A stretch of DNA of 64,000 bases from an uncultured Gammaproteobacteria bacterium (GTDB lineage: Bacteria > Patescibacteriota > Microgenomatia > UBA8517): contig CAYRUS010000001.1 of assembly GCA_964427735.1 (NCBI GenBank), forward strand, positions 290,173 to 354,172. The letters are read 5' to 3'. The translations under genes and the position numbers were made by a program. The notes below the pieces were generated by a model. That model had not been told where the DNA came from. It did not search any database and saw only the letters and a list, made by a program, of their open reading frames with translations. Below, one piece after another: positions 9,940 through 18,801 of this stretch; the stretch's first letter is position 1; the number at the start of each line of letters is the position of its first letter.

Positions 9940-11391
9940 ATGCAATTAAAACTGCCCAACATAAATAACTTTATTCAACTAAAGTGGAACTTGTATATAA
10001 GTGATTTTTTGGACATTCTCATAATAGCTCTGCTAATTTATTCGTTTTTTATTTTTATCAGAAAAACAAGAAGTTATTTAGTGTTTTTTGGATTGGCTAT
10101 CGCCGCCGGATTGTATGTTCTTGCCGACACTTTAAATCTCTATCTCACATTCCTTACTTTGAGATACTTTGCAGGAATTTCAATTTTAATTTTTGTGATT
10201 ATCTTTCAGAACGAAATTCGTAAATATTTTGAATTCTTAGGCCTTATTGGATCAAGGCAAATAAAAGTTAGAAGACTTCCTTCTCAAATACTTTCTATTC
10301 AAGAAATAATTCAAACAGCAGTAAGCCTAGCTCAAGAAAAAGTTGGTGCTTTAATCGTTATCCAAGGAAGAGATAACTTGGATAACTTTATCGAAGGAGG
10401 TATTGCAATTGACGCAATCATATCTGAAGAATTATTGGCTAGTATTTTTGATCCTCATTCCGATGGGCACGATGGAGCAGTAATAATAAGCAACAACCGG
10501 ATAACTAAATTCGGCGCACATTTACCTTTATCTACAAATTTTAAAGCTTTGGGAAAGCACGGAACTCGCCATAGTGCTGCTCTTGGTCTTGCTGAAAATA
10601 CTGATGCATTTTGCATTGTAGTTTCCGAAGAAAAAGGCAAAATTTCAATTTGCAGGGAAGGCAAAATAAATACTCTTTCTCAATTCTCTGACCTAGAAAA
10701 GCACTTAAACAAATTTATGAGAGAAAAGTTTTCTCATAGCTCAGAAAATATATTTTGGTATTTATTCAAACACAATCTAGGACTAAAGATGGTATCAGGG
10801 CTTTTTGCAATTTTAATTTGGTACTTAATTGCATTTCAAACAGGCATCACCGACAACACTTATAGTGTACCGATTAGCTTGACTGAGGTACCAGAAAATA
10901 TAGTAGTAGACAGTTATTCACCTAAAGAATTAAACATAACAGTTAGTGGCAGAGGAGAATCTGCCTTTTCTGGTGTAGATACTGAAAGTTTCAAAATATC
11001 AATCCCAGTAGAAAATCTAGGTAATGGTATTAATCAAGTATCAATAGCACGTAAAGATATTACAATTCCTAATAAACTTTCATTTAAATCAATAGAACCA
11101 AAAACTATTCTTTTTTCTGTAACTAAATACAATTCTCACGACGTTCCTGTGGTGGCGAATATAACAAATACACCAAGAGGACCTGAAGTAAAAGAAATAG
11201 TAGTAACTCCTGATACCGTTGGGATTTGGGTCCCAGAAGGCAGACCTAGTCCACAAGAAATTACAACAGAAACAATTGATATATCAAGAATAGAAGAGTC
11301 TGTAATAATGCCTGTAAAACTTGTAATTCCTGACAACATGAGGCTTGTTAATGGTGAAGGCACTGTTAATGTCGCAATAACTATCGAGTAA
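9940..11391 (+). CDS. cdaA: diadenylate cyclase CdaA fused to a CdaR/YbbR-like regulatory domain
   Basis: Three N-terminal TM helices, then a DAC domain (GALIVI, DGAVII, GTRHSAA, VVSEE-G-IS), an extra TM helix and YbbR-like repeats, all in one 483-aa ORF. Confidence 0.8.
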   Translation: MQLKLPNINNFIQLKWNLYISDFLDILIIALLIYSFFIFIRKTRSYLVFFGLAIAAGLYVLADTLNLYLTFLTLRYFAGISILIFVIIFQNEIRKYFEFLGLIGSRQIKVRRLPSQILSIQEIIQTAVSLAQEKVGALIVIQGRDNLDNFIEGGIAIDAIISEELLASIFDPHSDGHDGAVIISNNRITKFGAHLPLSTNFKALGKHGTRHSAALGLAENTDAFCIVVSEEKGKISICREGKINTLSQFSDLEKHLNKFMREKFSHSSENIFWYLFKHNLGLKMVSGLFAILIWYLIAFQTGITDNTYSVPISLTEVPENIVVDSYSPKELNITVSGRGESAFSGVDTESFKISIPVENLGNGINQVSIARKDITIPNKLSFKSIEPKTILFSVTKYNSHDVPVVANITNTPRGPEVKEIVVTPDTVGIWVPEGRPSPQEITTETIDISRIEESVIMPVKLVIPDNMRLVNGEGTVNVAITIE

Positions 11392-11528
11392 ACTTTTACC
11401 TATTGCATTTTGCTGCAAAAGATTTATACATAAATTAGATATAATTTTGTGGGAAAAATCACTTCCTGCCTACTTCCTAGAATTCAGCCCCAACTGATTG
11501 ATCTTTCGTGCAAAGGAGGTGATTATTG

Positions 11529-11603
11529 ATGGCTGCAAAGAAAAAGGCAAAACCAAAAACTGCTGCAAAGCGTAAACCTGCAAAAAAAGGAAAAAAGAAG
11601 TAA
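11529..11603 (+). CDS. small lysine-rich basic protein MAAKKKAKPKTAAKRKPAKKGKKK (24 aa)
   Basis: Strong Shine-Dalgarno AAGGAGGTGA 7 nt upstream of the ATG; absent from the ORF track because of its length. Confidence 0.5.
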   Translation: MAAKKKAKPKTAAKRKPAKKGKKK

Positions 11604-11974
11604 TTTTCTTTTATTCTAAAAATAGCGGTATGCTAGAAATTAGTATGCCGTTATTTGTTGTTGAAAATCTATTGTTTACTAATTTGTAGGAGGTAAATCC
11701 ATATTTAAATCTAAACTCTACAAAGAGTACAGACGATTTTCAATTATCGACTTTATCGGTTCGATGAATCACTGGGAAAGTGTGTATAAACAATAACACC
11801 ATCAGATCTGGTATAAGATACACTATTTTATCTAAGTATTCCCTTTCCTGACTCGGATCTTTTAAATGAGCTTCCCTCACTGCTTCCATAATTATTTGGA
11901 TTATAATATAATTTTTAAATATTTAAGCTTAAGCTTGTTAATAGACCAAGTTGTGTCATATAATAAAACGTAAT

Positions 11975-12334
11975 ATGGCAAGGATCCTTCTTGTAGAGGA
12001 TGATGAAAAACTCCTAAAGCTTTATAAAGTCAATTTAGAAAAAGCTAACCATCAAGTCTTAGAAACTGTAAATGGAATGGATGGATATCTTATTGCCAAA
12101 AATGAAAAGCCAGACTTAATACTCCTTGATGTAATGCTTCCCGGTGGTACAAATGGCTTTGATGTCTTAGAAAAACTAAAAAAAGATACTGATACAAAAA
12201 ACATACCTGTAATAATGCTTACAAATCTCGATGGCCAAGAAGAAATAGCGAGTGAAATCGGAGCGCAAGAATATATCATAAAAAGTAATATAACCCCAAG
12301 TGATCTTATTACCAAAGTTAATTCCTTTATTTGA
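11975..12334 (+). CDS. single-domain response regulator (CheY-like receiver)
   Basis: MARILLVEDDEKLLKLY...DLILLDVMLPG...KNIPVIMLT receiver motifs; ATG at 11975 preferred over the TTG at 11951. Confidence 0.85.
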   Translation: MARILLVEDDEKLLKLYKVNLEKANHQVLETVNGMDGYLIAKNEKPDLILLDVMLPGGTNGFDVLEKLKKDTDTKNIPVIMLTNLDGQEEIASEIGAQEYIIKSNITPSDLITKVNSFI

Positions 12335-12450
12335 ATTAACAATAAACTTTTTAACGATCTTTAAGAGCCATCTCTGCAAAACTGTTCATACTATCCCTTG
12401 CAAGTTCATTACAGACAATTAACAGCGGATTTAAAAGTTATCTATATTAT

Positions 12451-13122
12451 ATGTACATGTTAATGAACGCATCCCAGATAGTTGGATTCAATGTAGTAAC
12501 AGAGCAAAATCAGCTTGTAGATCAGGTTAGTGATGTTGTCGTTGATCCTAAAAAAAAGAAACTAGTTGCTATAGTTTTAAGTAAAAATGAAATGACAGGA
12601 TTACAGGTAGTACCTTTTGAAAAAGTTAAAAACATAGCACAAAACCAAGTTGTTGTAAGTTCAGAAAAAGACATTAAGCCTTTTAGCGCAATAGTTAAAA
12701 ACAGTTCTCCTGAAAACAATACACTCACAGACAAAACAGTTGTTACAAATAAAGGAGATAAAATTGGTGAACTGAGTGATGTGTCATTTGATACTTCAAA
12801 CGGAAACGTTAAAAAATTAATTGTTCAGAAAAACGGACAACCACAAGAGATAAAAATAAAAGATATCCAGGCAGCTGATGAAGTCGTTATTATCAAAGAG
12901 AAAAAACAATCTTCTGAACAACACCAAAATACACAAACTCAACAAATGGGAGGGCAACAATCAAATCAGCAGGTAATGCAAATGCAGCAAAAAGGAGGGC
13001 AAAGAACTTCCCAGAATGGTTCACAAGTATTAACAGTACAAGAAAACAGTAACTTAAAAAAAGAAATCAAAAGAGTAACAAATGAAGCGAAACAAAGCTT
13101 AATTCAACTTTTTAAAGGATAA
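12451..13122 (+). CDS. PRC-barrel domain protein with a Q-rich C-terminal tail
   Basis: Two PRC-barrel-like repeats (VGFNVVTEQNQLVDQVSDVVVD; IGELSDVSFDTSNGNVKKLIV). Confidence 0.55.
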   Translation: MYMLMNASQIVGFNVVTEQNQLVDQVSDVVVDPKKKKLVAIVLSKNEMTGLQVVPFEKVKNIAQNQVVVSSEKDIKPFSAIVKNSSPENNTLTDKTVVTNKGDKIGELSDVSFDTSNGNVKKLIVQKNGQPQEIKIKDIQAADEVVIIKEKKQSSEQHQNTQTQQMGGQQSNQQVMQMQQKGGQRTSQNGSQVLTVQENSNLKKEIKRVTNEAKQSLIQLFKG

Positions 13123-13150
13123 TCTGCAATAGTTATCTTAGGCTACACCT

Positions 13151-15589
13151 TTAAGTTGTAGCAAGATAGGTAGGTCTTCTATCTGTTCTTTGTTTAGACT
13201 TTTTGACTAAAGGCCATTTTGTCATTGCCACTTTAAGAACATCTTCAACATTTTCTGCGAATACAAATTTTATATCTTTTTTGACATGATTTGGAACATC
13301 TTCCATGTCTTTTTTGTTATCCTTGGGCAAGATTATTGTTTTTAATCCTGCTCTGTGTCCAGCAATAACTTTCTCTTTAACTCCACCAATTTCTAACGCC
13401 CTACCTCTTAAAGTTACTTCTCCTGTCATACCCACATCTCTTTTAACAGGAACACCAGTCAGAGCTGAAACTAGAGCCGTAGTAATTGCAAGCCCTGCAG
13501 AAGGTCCATCCTTAGGTACTGCCCCTTCTGGTACGTGAATATGTACATCAATCTTTCCTGCAAAATCTTCTTTGAGCCCTAGCAATTGCCAATGTGCCTT
13601 GGACCATGTGAATGCAGCTCTTGCTGATTCTTTCATAACATCTCCAAGTTGACCAGTTAATGTCAGTTTTCCCTTACCAGGCATTAGTGATACTTCAATA
13701 AAGAGAATCTCTCCTCCAGTTGCAGTCACAGCTAAACCTGTAGACATTCCAATCTCATCTTGTTTCTCAGCAATCAAAGACGAGTATCTTGGAGGTCCTA
13801 AGAATTTTCTAACATCTGATTTTGTTATTTTCTTGACTTTCTTGCCATTCTCCACAAATCGTCTAGCTAATTTCCTATTAACTGTGGCTAGATTTCTTTC
13901 TAGACTTCTCACTCCTGCTTCTCGAGTGTAACGGTTAATAATTTCATACAAGGCTTCTTTACTTAACTTTATATCTTTGTCTCCAAGACCATGAAGTCTT
14001 AGCTGTTTTGGCCATAAATGATTTTTTGCTATATGATATTTTTCGTCCTCAGTGTAGCCTGGGAAAGTAATAACTTCCATTCTATCCCTAAGAGGTCCTG
14101 GTATGTTTTCTAGAACATTACCTGTTGCTATAAACATAACCTCTGATAAGTCATAAGGAACCTCTAAGTAGTGGTCTGAGAATTCCTTGTTTTGCTCAGG
14201 GTCCAAAGCTTCAAGGAGTGCACTAGAAGGATCTCCTCTAAAGTCAGAACCAACCTTATCAATTTCATCGAGCATAAATACTGGATTTTTTGATCCCGCA
14301 TCCTTCATCCCCTGGATAATTCTTCCTGGCATAGCTCCTACATAAGTTCTTCTGTGGCCACGAATTTCAGCTTCATCACGAATTCCTCCTAAGGAAATCC
14401 TGGCAAACTTTCTACCAAGTGCCTCAGCAATAGATTTTCCTATTGATGTTTTTCCTACACCCGGAGGTCCAATCAGACAAAGTATGGTTGGTTGAGATTC
14501 TAAAACGTCAGACTTTTTTGTCTTTTGGGACATTTTACCGTTTTTAACTTTCATAACAGCTAGATATTCCAAAATTCTGTCTTTTGCTTTTTGCATTCCA
14601 TAATGTCTTTTATCCAAAACTTTTTGAGCTTTTTTAATTGACATGTCATGGTTATTATCGCTAACCCATGGCACATCAGTAAGCCAATCAAGGTAATTTC
14701 TGATATAACCAACTTCTGGGTTGTGAGGATTTAATTTAGATAGACGCTTAAGCTCTTTATCAGCTTTAGCACGAACAGCTTTAGGCATCTTGCTCTTCTT
14801 GATTTTCATTTTGTACTCTAAAAGATCTTCTTCTCCGTCCTCATCGTCAATTTCTCCCAACTCCTCCTCTATAGTTTTCTTTTTCTCTCGAAGCATAGCT
14901 TTTCTCATTTGATCCTCAAACTTTTTGTGCGTTTTAGCAGAAATTGTTCTTTCTATATCGAGTGCATTTACTTCTCTTGCGAGTAACTCTATAACTTTTT
15001 CTAGCCTCTTTTTAACAGATAGCTGTTGGAGAATTTTTTGCTTATCAGAAAATTTAATTTCAAGTAAAGCTGCAATTTGATCTACCATTTCAGCTGGAGT
15101 CGAGTTTCCGGAAACAAGCTTCATTACAGTCATTATGTCTGCCTGTTTACCGATACTCATAGCCTTTTTGAATATTTCGCCAAGCTTTTTAGCTAATGCT
15201 TTTGTTTCATCTGAATCCTCATCTTCTTCTTCAAGTTCATATACATCAGCTACAAGATATGGCTCGTGAGATACAATTTCATCAATTTTTACTCTTGTTT
15301 GTCCCTTTACCAATGCATGAATTTCACCATCCGCTGGCATCATTTGAGTAATAGTACAGATAGTACCCACTTTATATAGATCTTCCTCTTCGGGGTCTGA
15401 GGTACGAGGATCTTTTTGTGTAACACAAACAATCAATTTGTCTTCATGAAAAGCTGCGTTTATTGCAGATACAGATTTGCTTCTTCCAAAAGATAGTAGT
15501 GTATCTGTATGAGGAAATACAACTGAGCCTCTTATGGCAACTACTGGCAGTCGTCTTTTGTTGATTTTTTCTGTTTTCTTTTCTTTCAT
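13151..15589 (-). CDS. lon: ATP-dependent Lon protease
   Basis: N-terminal LON domain, Walker A GPPGVGKTS, and catalytic PKDGPSAGLAITTALVSALTG; 812 aa. Confidence 0.95.
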   Translation of the reverse strand: MKEKKTEKINKRRLPVVAIRGSVVFPHTDTLLSFGRSKSVSAINAAFHEDKLIVCVTQKDPRTSDPEEEDLYKVGTICTITQMMPADGEIHALVKGQTRVKIDEIVSHEPYLVADVYELEEEDEDSDETKALAKKLGEIFKKAMSIGKQADIMTVMKLVSGNSTPAEMVDQIAALLEIKFSDKQKILQQLSVKKRLEKVIELLAREVNALDIERTISAKTHKKFEDQMRKAMLREKKKTIEEELGEIDDEDGEEDLLEYKMKIKKSKMPKAVRAKADKELKRLSKLNPHNPEVGYIRNYLDWLTDVPWVSDNNHDMSIKKAQKVLDKRHYGMQKAKDRILEYLAVMKVKNGKMSQKTKKSDVLESQPTILCLIGPPGVGKTSIGKSIAEALGRKFARISLGGIRDEAEIRGHRRTYVGAMPGRIIQGMKDAGSKNPVFMLDEIDKVGSDFRGDPSSALLEALDPEQNKEFSDHYLEVPYDLSEVMFIATGNVLENIPGPLRDRMEVITFPGYTEDEKYHIAKNHLWPKQLRLHGLGDKDIKLSKEALYEIINRYTREAGVRSLERNLATVNRKLARRFVENGKKVKKITKSDVRKFLGPPRYSSLIAEKQDEIGMSTGLAVTATGGEILFIEVSLMPGKGKLTLTGQLGDVMKESARAAFTWSKAHWQLLGLKEDFAGKIDVHIHVPEGAVPKDGPSAGLAITTALVSALTGVPVKRDVGMTGEVTLRGRALEIGGVKEKVIAGHRAGLKTIILPKDNKKDMEDVPNHVKKDIKFVFAENVEDVLKVAMTKWPLVKKSKQRTDRRPTYLATT

Positions 15590-15671
15590 TTCTTATTTCT
15601 AAATTGCGATCTTTGAATTTGTATTTAGCAGTCTAGCAGTCACTCTGCTAGTTGTCAAGATTCTATAGTTA

Positions 15672-16151
15672 TTACTTTTTACGAGATAGCTTTTTAACAA
15701 AATTAAATAAATGCAAATTGTCCATAACTATGGCACAAACAACACCAAAAAATGCTCCACCAATAACATCAATGGGGTAATGGACATTTGCTAAAACCCT
15801 CCCCAGAGCTACCAATATTGCCATCAGCACAAAAATAGTACCCGTCTTTTTATCATGAAGCCAAACTATAAATGCTATTGTAAATGCAACCGCACTGTGC
15901 ATTGAAGGAAAGGATGCATCACTTGGGGGAACAAGTGTCAAAGCTTCATAACCATTCATATAGAAAGGTCTGATAGTAGGAAAAAATGTTTTTATCATGG
16001 CAGCTAAAATCCAAACTACAATGCTTCCAATAAATGCATGTATTGCCTGCTCCTTTTTTATTCTTCCATCTATTATCCACAATAAAAGCAAAGAAGCAAA
16101 CATTACCCAAATCAAAAAACTTGCTAAGAATGTTACTAAAATATTACTCAT
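15672..16151 (-). CDS. PAP2 family phosphatase (undecaprenyl-pyrophosphate phosphatase-like)
   Basis: PAP2 signature PSMHS ... HYPIDVIGG in a polytopic membrane protein. Confidence 0.75.
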   Translation of the reverse strand: MSNILVTFLASFLIWVMFASLLLLWIIDGRIKKEQAIHAFIGSIVVWILAAMIKTFFPTIRPFYMNGYEALTLVPPSDASFPSMHSAVAFTIAFIVWLHDKKTGTIFVLMAILVALGRVLANVHYPIDVIGGAFFGVVCAIVMDNLHLFNFVKKLSRKK

Positions 16152-16845
16152 GAATTACAATTCTAGTCCCTTGATTATTATCATTGGATCTAGCCACACT
16201 ACTTTTACTATTCTCAAAATTTGGTCCCACCCAATAATATAGTTTTTCTGCAACCTCATTTGGTAGGTTAACACAACCATGACTCCTTGGAGTACCAAAA
16301 TCATCATGCCAATATGTCCCGTGCAAACCAAACCCTCTCCAACCTGGAATTTTTTCATTTTCAAAAAACATTACCCAAGGTACATTAGGAAGATAATAAT
16401 AGTAGTCCCCCTCTCCTCCTTCCATTTTTGTTGCTCTTAATTTTATCCAGATCCTAAACTCCCCTTGTGGAGTTGGCCACCAAGGTAAACCGGATGAAAT
16501 CGGAGTCTCCAGGAAAAGTGTTTCCCCTTCCCAAGCACGTAACCTTTGTTCAGACAAATCCACATCTATCCATTTTTCTTCTACAGTTGCTCCCAAAACA
16601 TTATCTTGAGTAATTGAATTATCAAATGCTAGGGCAGGCACTTCTAATTTCTTAGATTCAAAAAAAGCAAAATTATCAGTTGGATCAAACTCACCTGACA
16701 GATCAGAGTAAGTACAACCTACCAACTTATTTTGTCCCTTGGCTTTTTGGGGAAACTTGTTGTAATTAACCAGAAAGCTAATAGAGATCATGGATAGAAC
16801 AACCAAAGATAAATAAATAATACGATTGTGTATTTTTCGCTTCAC
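16144..16845 (-). CDS. L,D-transpeptidase (YkuD domain)
   Basis: HGTYWH ... GTPRSHGCVNL catalytic His/Cys motif; N-terminal TM anchor. Confidence 0.8.
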   Translation of the reverse strand: MKRKIHNRIIYLSLVVLSMISISFLVNYNKFPQKAKGQNKLVGCTYSDLSGEFDPTDNFAFFESKKLEVPALAFDNSITQDNVLGATVEEKWIDVDLSEQRLRAWEGETLFLETPISSGLPWWPTPQGEFRIWIKLRATKMEGGEGDYYYYLPNVPWVMFFENEKIPGWRGFGLHGTYWHDDFGTPRSHGCVNLPNEVAEKLYYWVGPNFENSKSSVARSNDNNQGTRIVIHE

Positions 16846-16910
16846 TAATTGATTATATAATAACCATATTCAACTTTGCCATTTTATACAAATTACGTAT
16901 ACTTAAAAAA

Positions 16911-17279
16911 ATGAGTAGAAAATACAATGTGGTGGGAAGCTTCCGATTTGCCCTAAACGGTTTAAAGACTGCATTTGTAAAGGAACCCAATTTCAGAATC
17001 CACTCAATGATGGCAATTTCTGCAATAATATTAGCTATGTTATTAGATTTTAGTATTGCAGAATGGGTTGTGGTTGTTTTTACTATAAGCCTTGTACTTA
17101 TATTTGAGCTCTTGAATACAGCAATAGAAGCTTTAACAAATTTATTTAGTCCTGAAATTAGTGAATATGCAAAAATTGCCAAAGATGTGACTGCCGCGTC
17201 TGTCTTAATCACTGCTGTAAATGCTGTTGTTGTAGGACTCCTTCTTTATTTACCAAAAGTTATTGCATTACTAAATTAA
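16911..17279 (+). CDS. dgkA: diacylglycerol/undecaprenol kinase DgkA family
   Basis: Three TM helices plus the conserved ELLNTAIEAL motif; 122 aa. Confidence 0.8.
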   Translation: MSRKYNVVGSFRFALNGLKTAFVKEPNFRIHSMMAISAIILAMLLDFSIAEWVVVVFTISLVLIFELLNTAIEALTNLFSPEISEYAKIAKDVTAASVLITAVNAVVVGLLLYLPKVIALLN

Positions 17280-18005
17280 CAAAATAAAAAGACCAACTAC
17301 AAAAGCATAAAAAGCAAAAAACTTAAAACTTTTCCCCTCTAGGAGCTTTAGCAGAATCTTTATAGCAAAGATGCCAGAAATAAAAGAGGCAAGCATACCT
17401 ACAAAATATAATCCTAAGTTTTCGATCATTATCTGATTATTGTTAGATATCTCGAATAGGTTTGCGCCTAATACTACAGGTATTGAAAGAATAAAAGAAA
17501 ATCTTGCAGCTTCTTTTCTATTTAGCCCTGTACTAACACCAGCAAAAATAGTAGACCCTGATCTGGATATTCCCGGTATGATTGCTAATGCTTGAAAAGC
17601 ACCAATTATTAAAGCTGATTTTTTTGTCAGCTTTTTATTTTTGTCCGAGGTGGTATCTGTGCAAAAGTTAAACAGTGAAGTAAGAATAAGAGCTATACCA
17701 ACAAGTTTCAAAGACTCAAAATAACCTCCCACAGTGTTATTAAATAGGATTCCCACTATTCCTGCAGGAATAGATGCTAAAGTTATAAAGAACAATGTTT
17801 GCTTATTAATTTTTGTTAGGTCTTTCCAATAATAAAAAATAACAGCCATTAAGGTTCCCACATGCAAGATCACTTCTAGTAATATTCCAGGTGGCTCATA
17901 GCCTAAAATCTGTTGAAAAATCACAAGATGACCTGACGAAGAAACTGGTAAAAACTCAGTTAATCCTTGGACAATTCCTAAAATTATTATCTTGAAAAAT
18001 TCCAT
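17271..18005 (-). CDS. uppP: undecaprenyl-diphosphatase UppP/BacA
   Basis: MEFFKIIILGIVQGLTEFLPVSSSGHL ... and a second PGISRSG motif; start taken at the internal Met rather than the 5' end of the annotated ORF. Confidence 0.9.
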   Translation of the reverse strand: MEFFKIIILGIVQGLTEFLPVSSSGHLVIFQQILGYEPPGILLEVILHVGTLMAVIFYYWKDLTKINKQTLFFITLASIPAGIVGILFNNTVGGYFESLKLVGIALILTSLFNFCTDTTSDKNKKLTKKSALIIGAFQALAIIPGISRSGSTIFAGVSTGLNRKEAARFSFILSIPVVLGANLFEISNNNQIMIENLGLYFVGMLASFISGIFAIKILLKLLEGKSFKFFAFYAFVVGLFILLI

Positions 18006-18022
18006 GCGAGGTTGGCAGTCTT

Positions 18023-18688
18023 TTATAAAGTGTACTCTTTCCAATTATCTTTAGATAATTTAGATAATTCAACAGCATTATCGATTGTATATTCTCCTAT
18101 TTTTGTTCGTCTCAAGTTTTTTAAATATGCACCTGTTCCCAACTTTTCCCCAACATCTCTAGCAATTGCTCTTATGTAAGTCCCACTGGAAACTGTTGTT
18201 TTTATTTTTAATAGTGGAAAACTATAATCAATCAATTCAATTGAGTGAATTTCTATATCACGTTCTTCTAAATTTACTTCTTTACCTTTTCTTGCTAGAT
18301 CATAAGCTTTTTTGCCTTTAACTTTTATTGCAGAAAACACTGGCGGTTGCTGCTTTTGTTTTCCTAAAAATGAGTCTAAAATATTTAATATTTTATCTTT
18401 TTGTGGTTTTTTGATTAAATTTCTTTGGTCTATTATTTCTCCTTCTTCATCATCTGTGCTTCTAACTTCACCTAAGTAAATTTCTGCTATGTATTCTTTA
18501 GTTTTGTTTTTAGAGATATCACCTAGTTTTTTTGTTCCTTCTCTGGTAATTCCGATTATCAGCAAACCTGTCGCGTTTGGATCTAGTGTTCCCCCGTGTC
18601 CGACTCTTTTTATTCCTGTGATTTTTCTAATTTTATCAACTACGTCGTGAGAGGTAATTCCTTTTGGTTTATCAATAAGTAAAAGCAT
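18023..18688 (-). CDS. truB: tRNA pseudouridine55 synthase TruB (short form without PUA domain)
   Basis: LLLIDKPKGITSHDVVDKIRK...VGHGGTLDPNATGLL catalytic-Asp motif. Confidence 0.9.
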   Translation of the reverse strand: MLLLIDKPKGITSHDVVDKIRKITGIKRVGHGGTLDPNATGLLIIGITREGTKKLGDISKNKTKEYIAEIYLGEVRSTDDEEGEIIDQRNLIKKPQKDKILNILDSFLGKQKQQPPVFSAIKVKGKKAYDLARKGKEVNLEERDIEIHSIELIDYSFPLLKIKTTVSSGTYIRAIARDVGEKLGTGAYLKNLRRTKIGEYTIDNAVELSKLSKDNWKEYTL

Positions 18689-18801
18689 AAACTATATACT
18701 ATTATATATAAGGATTTTATTGTGAACGAAATTATATTTATTGGAACGTTTTTGTGCCTTTGACAAGACAGAAGCACAAGCATATAATACGAACATAAAC
18801 C

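Noticed and set aside
11604-11974. 370-nt intergenic region with GTATGC direct repeats and a GGAGGT box
   Set aside because: The only ORF following the GGAGGT is 10 aa (MNHWESVYKQ). No convincing hairpin or terminator. Left as promoter or leader.
12052-12379. Two minus-strand ORFs (96 and 67 aa)
   Set aside because: Antisense to the well-supported response-regulator gene.
16853-17212. 119-aa minus-strand ORF
   Set aside because: Fully overlaps the plus-strand dgkA gene, which has the conserved ELLNTAIEAL motif. Antisense artifact.
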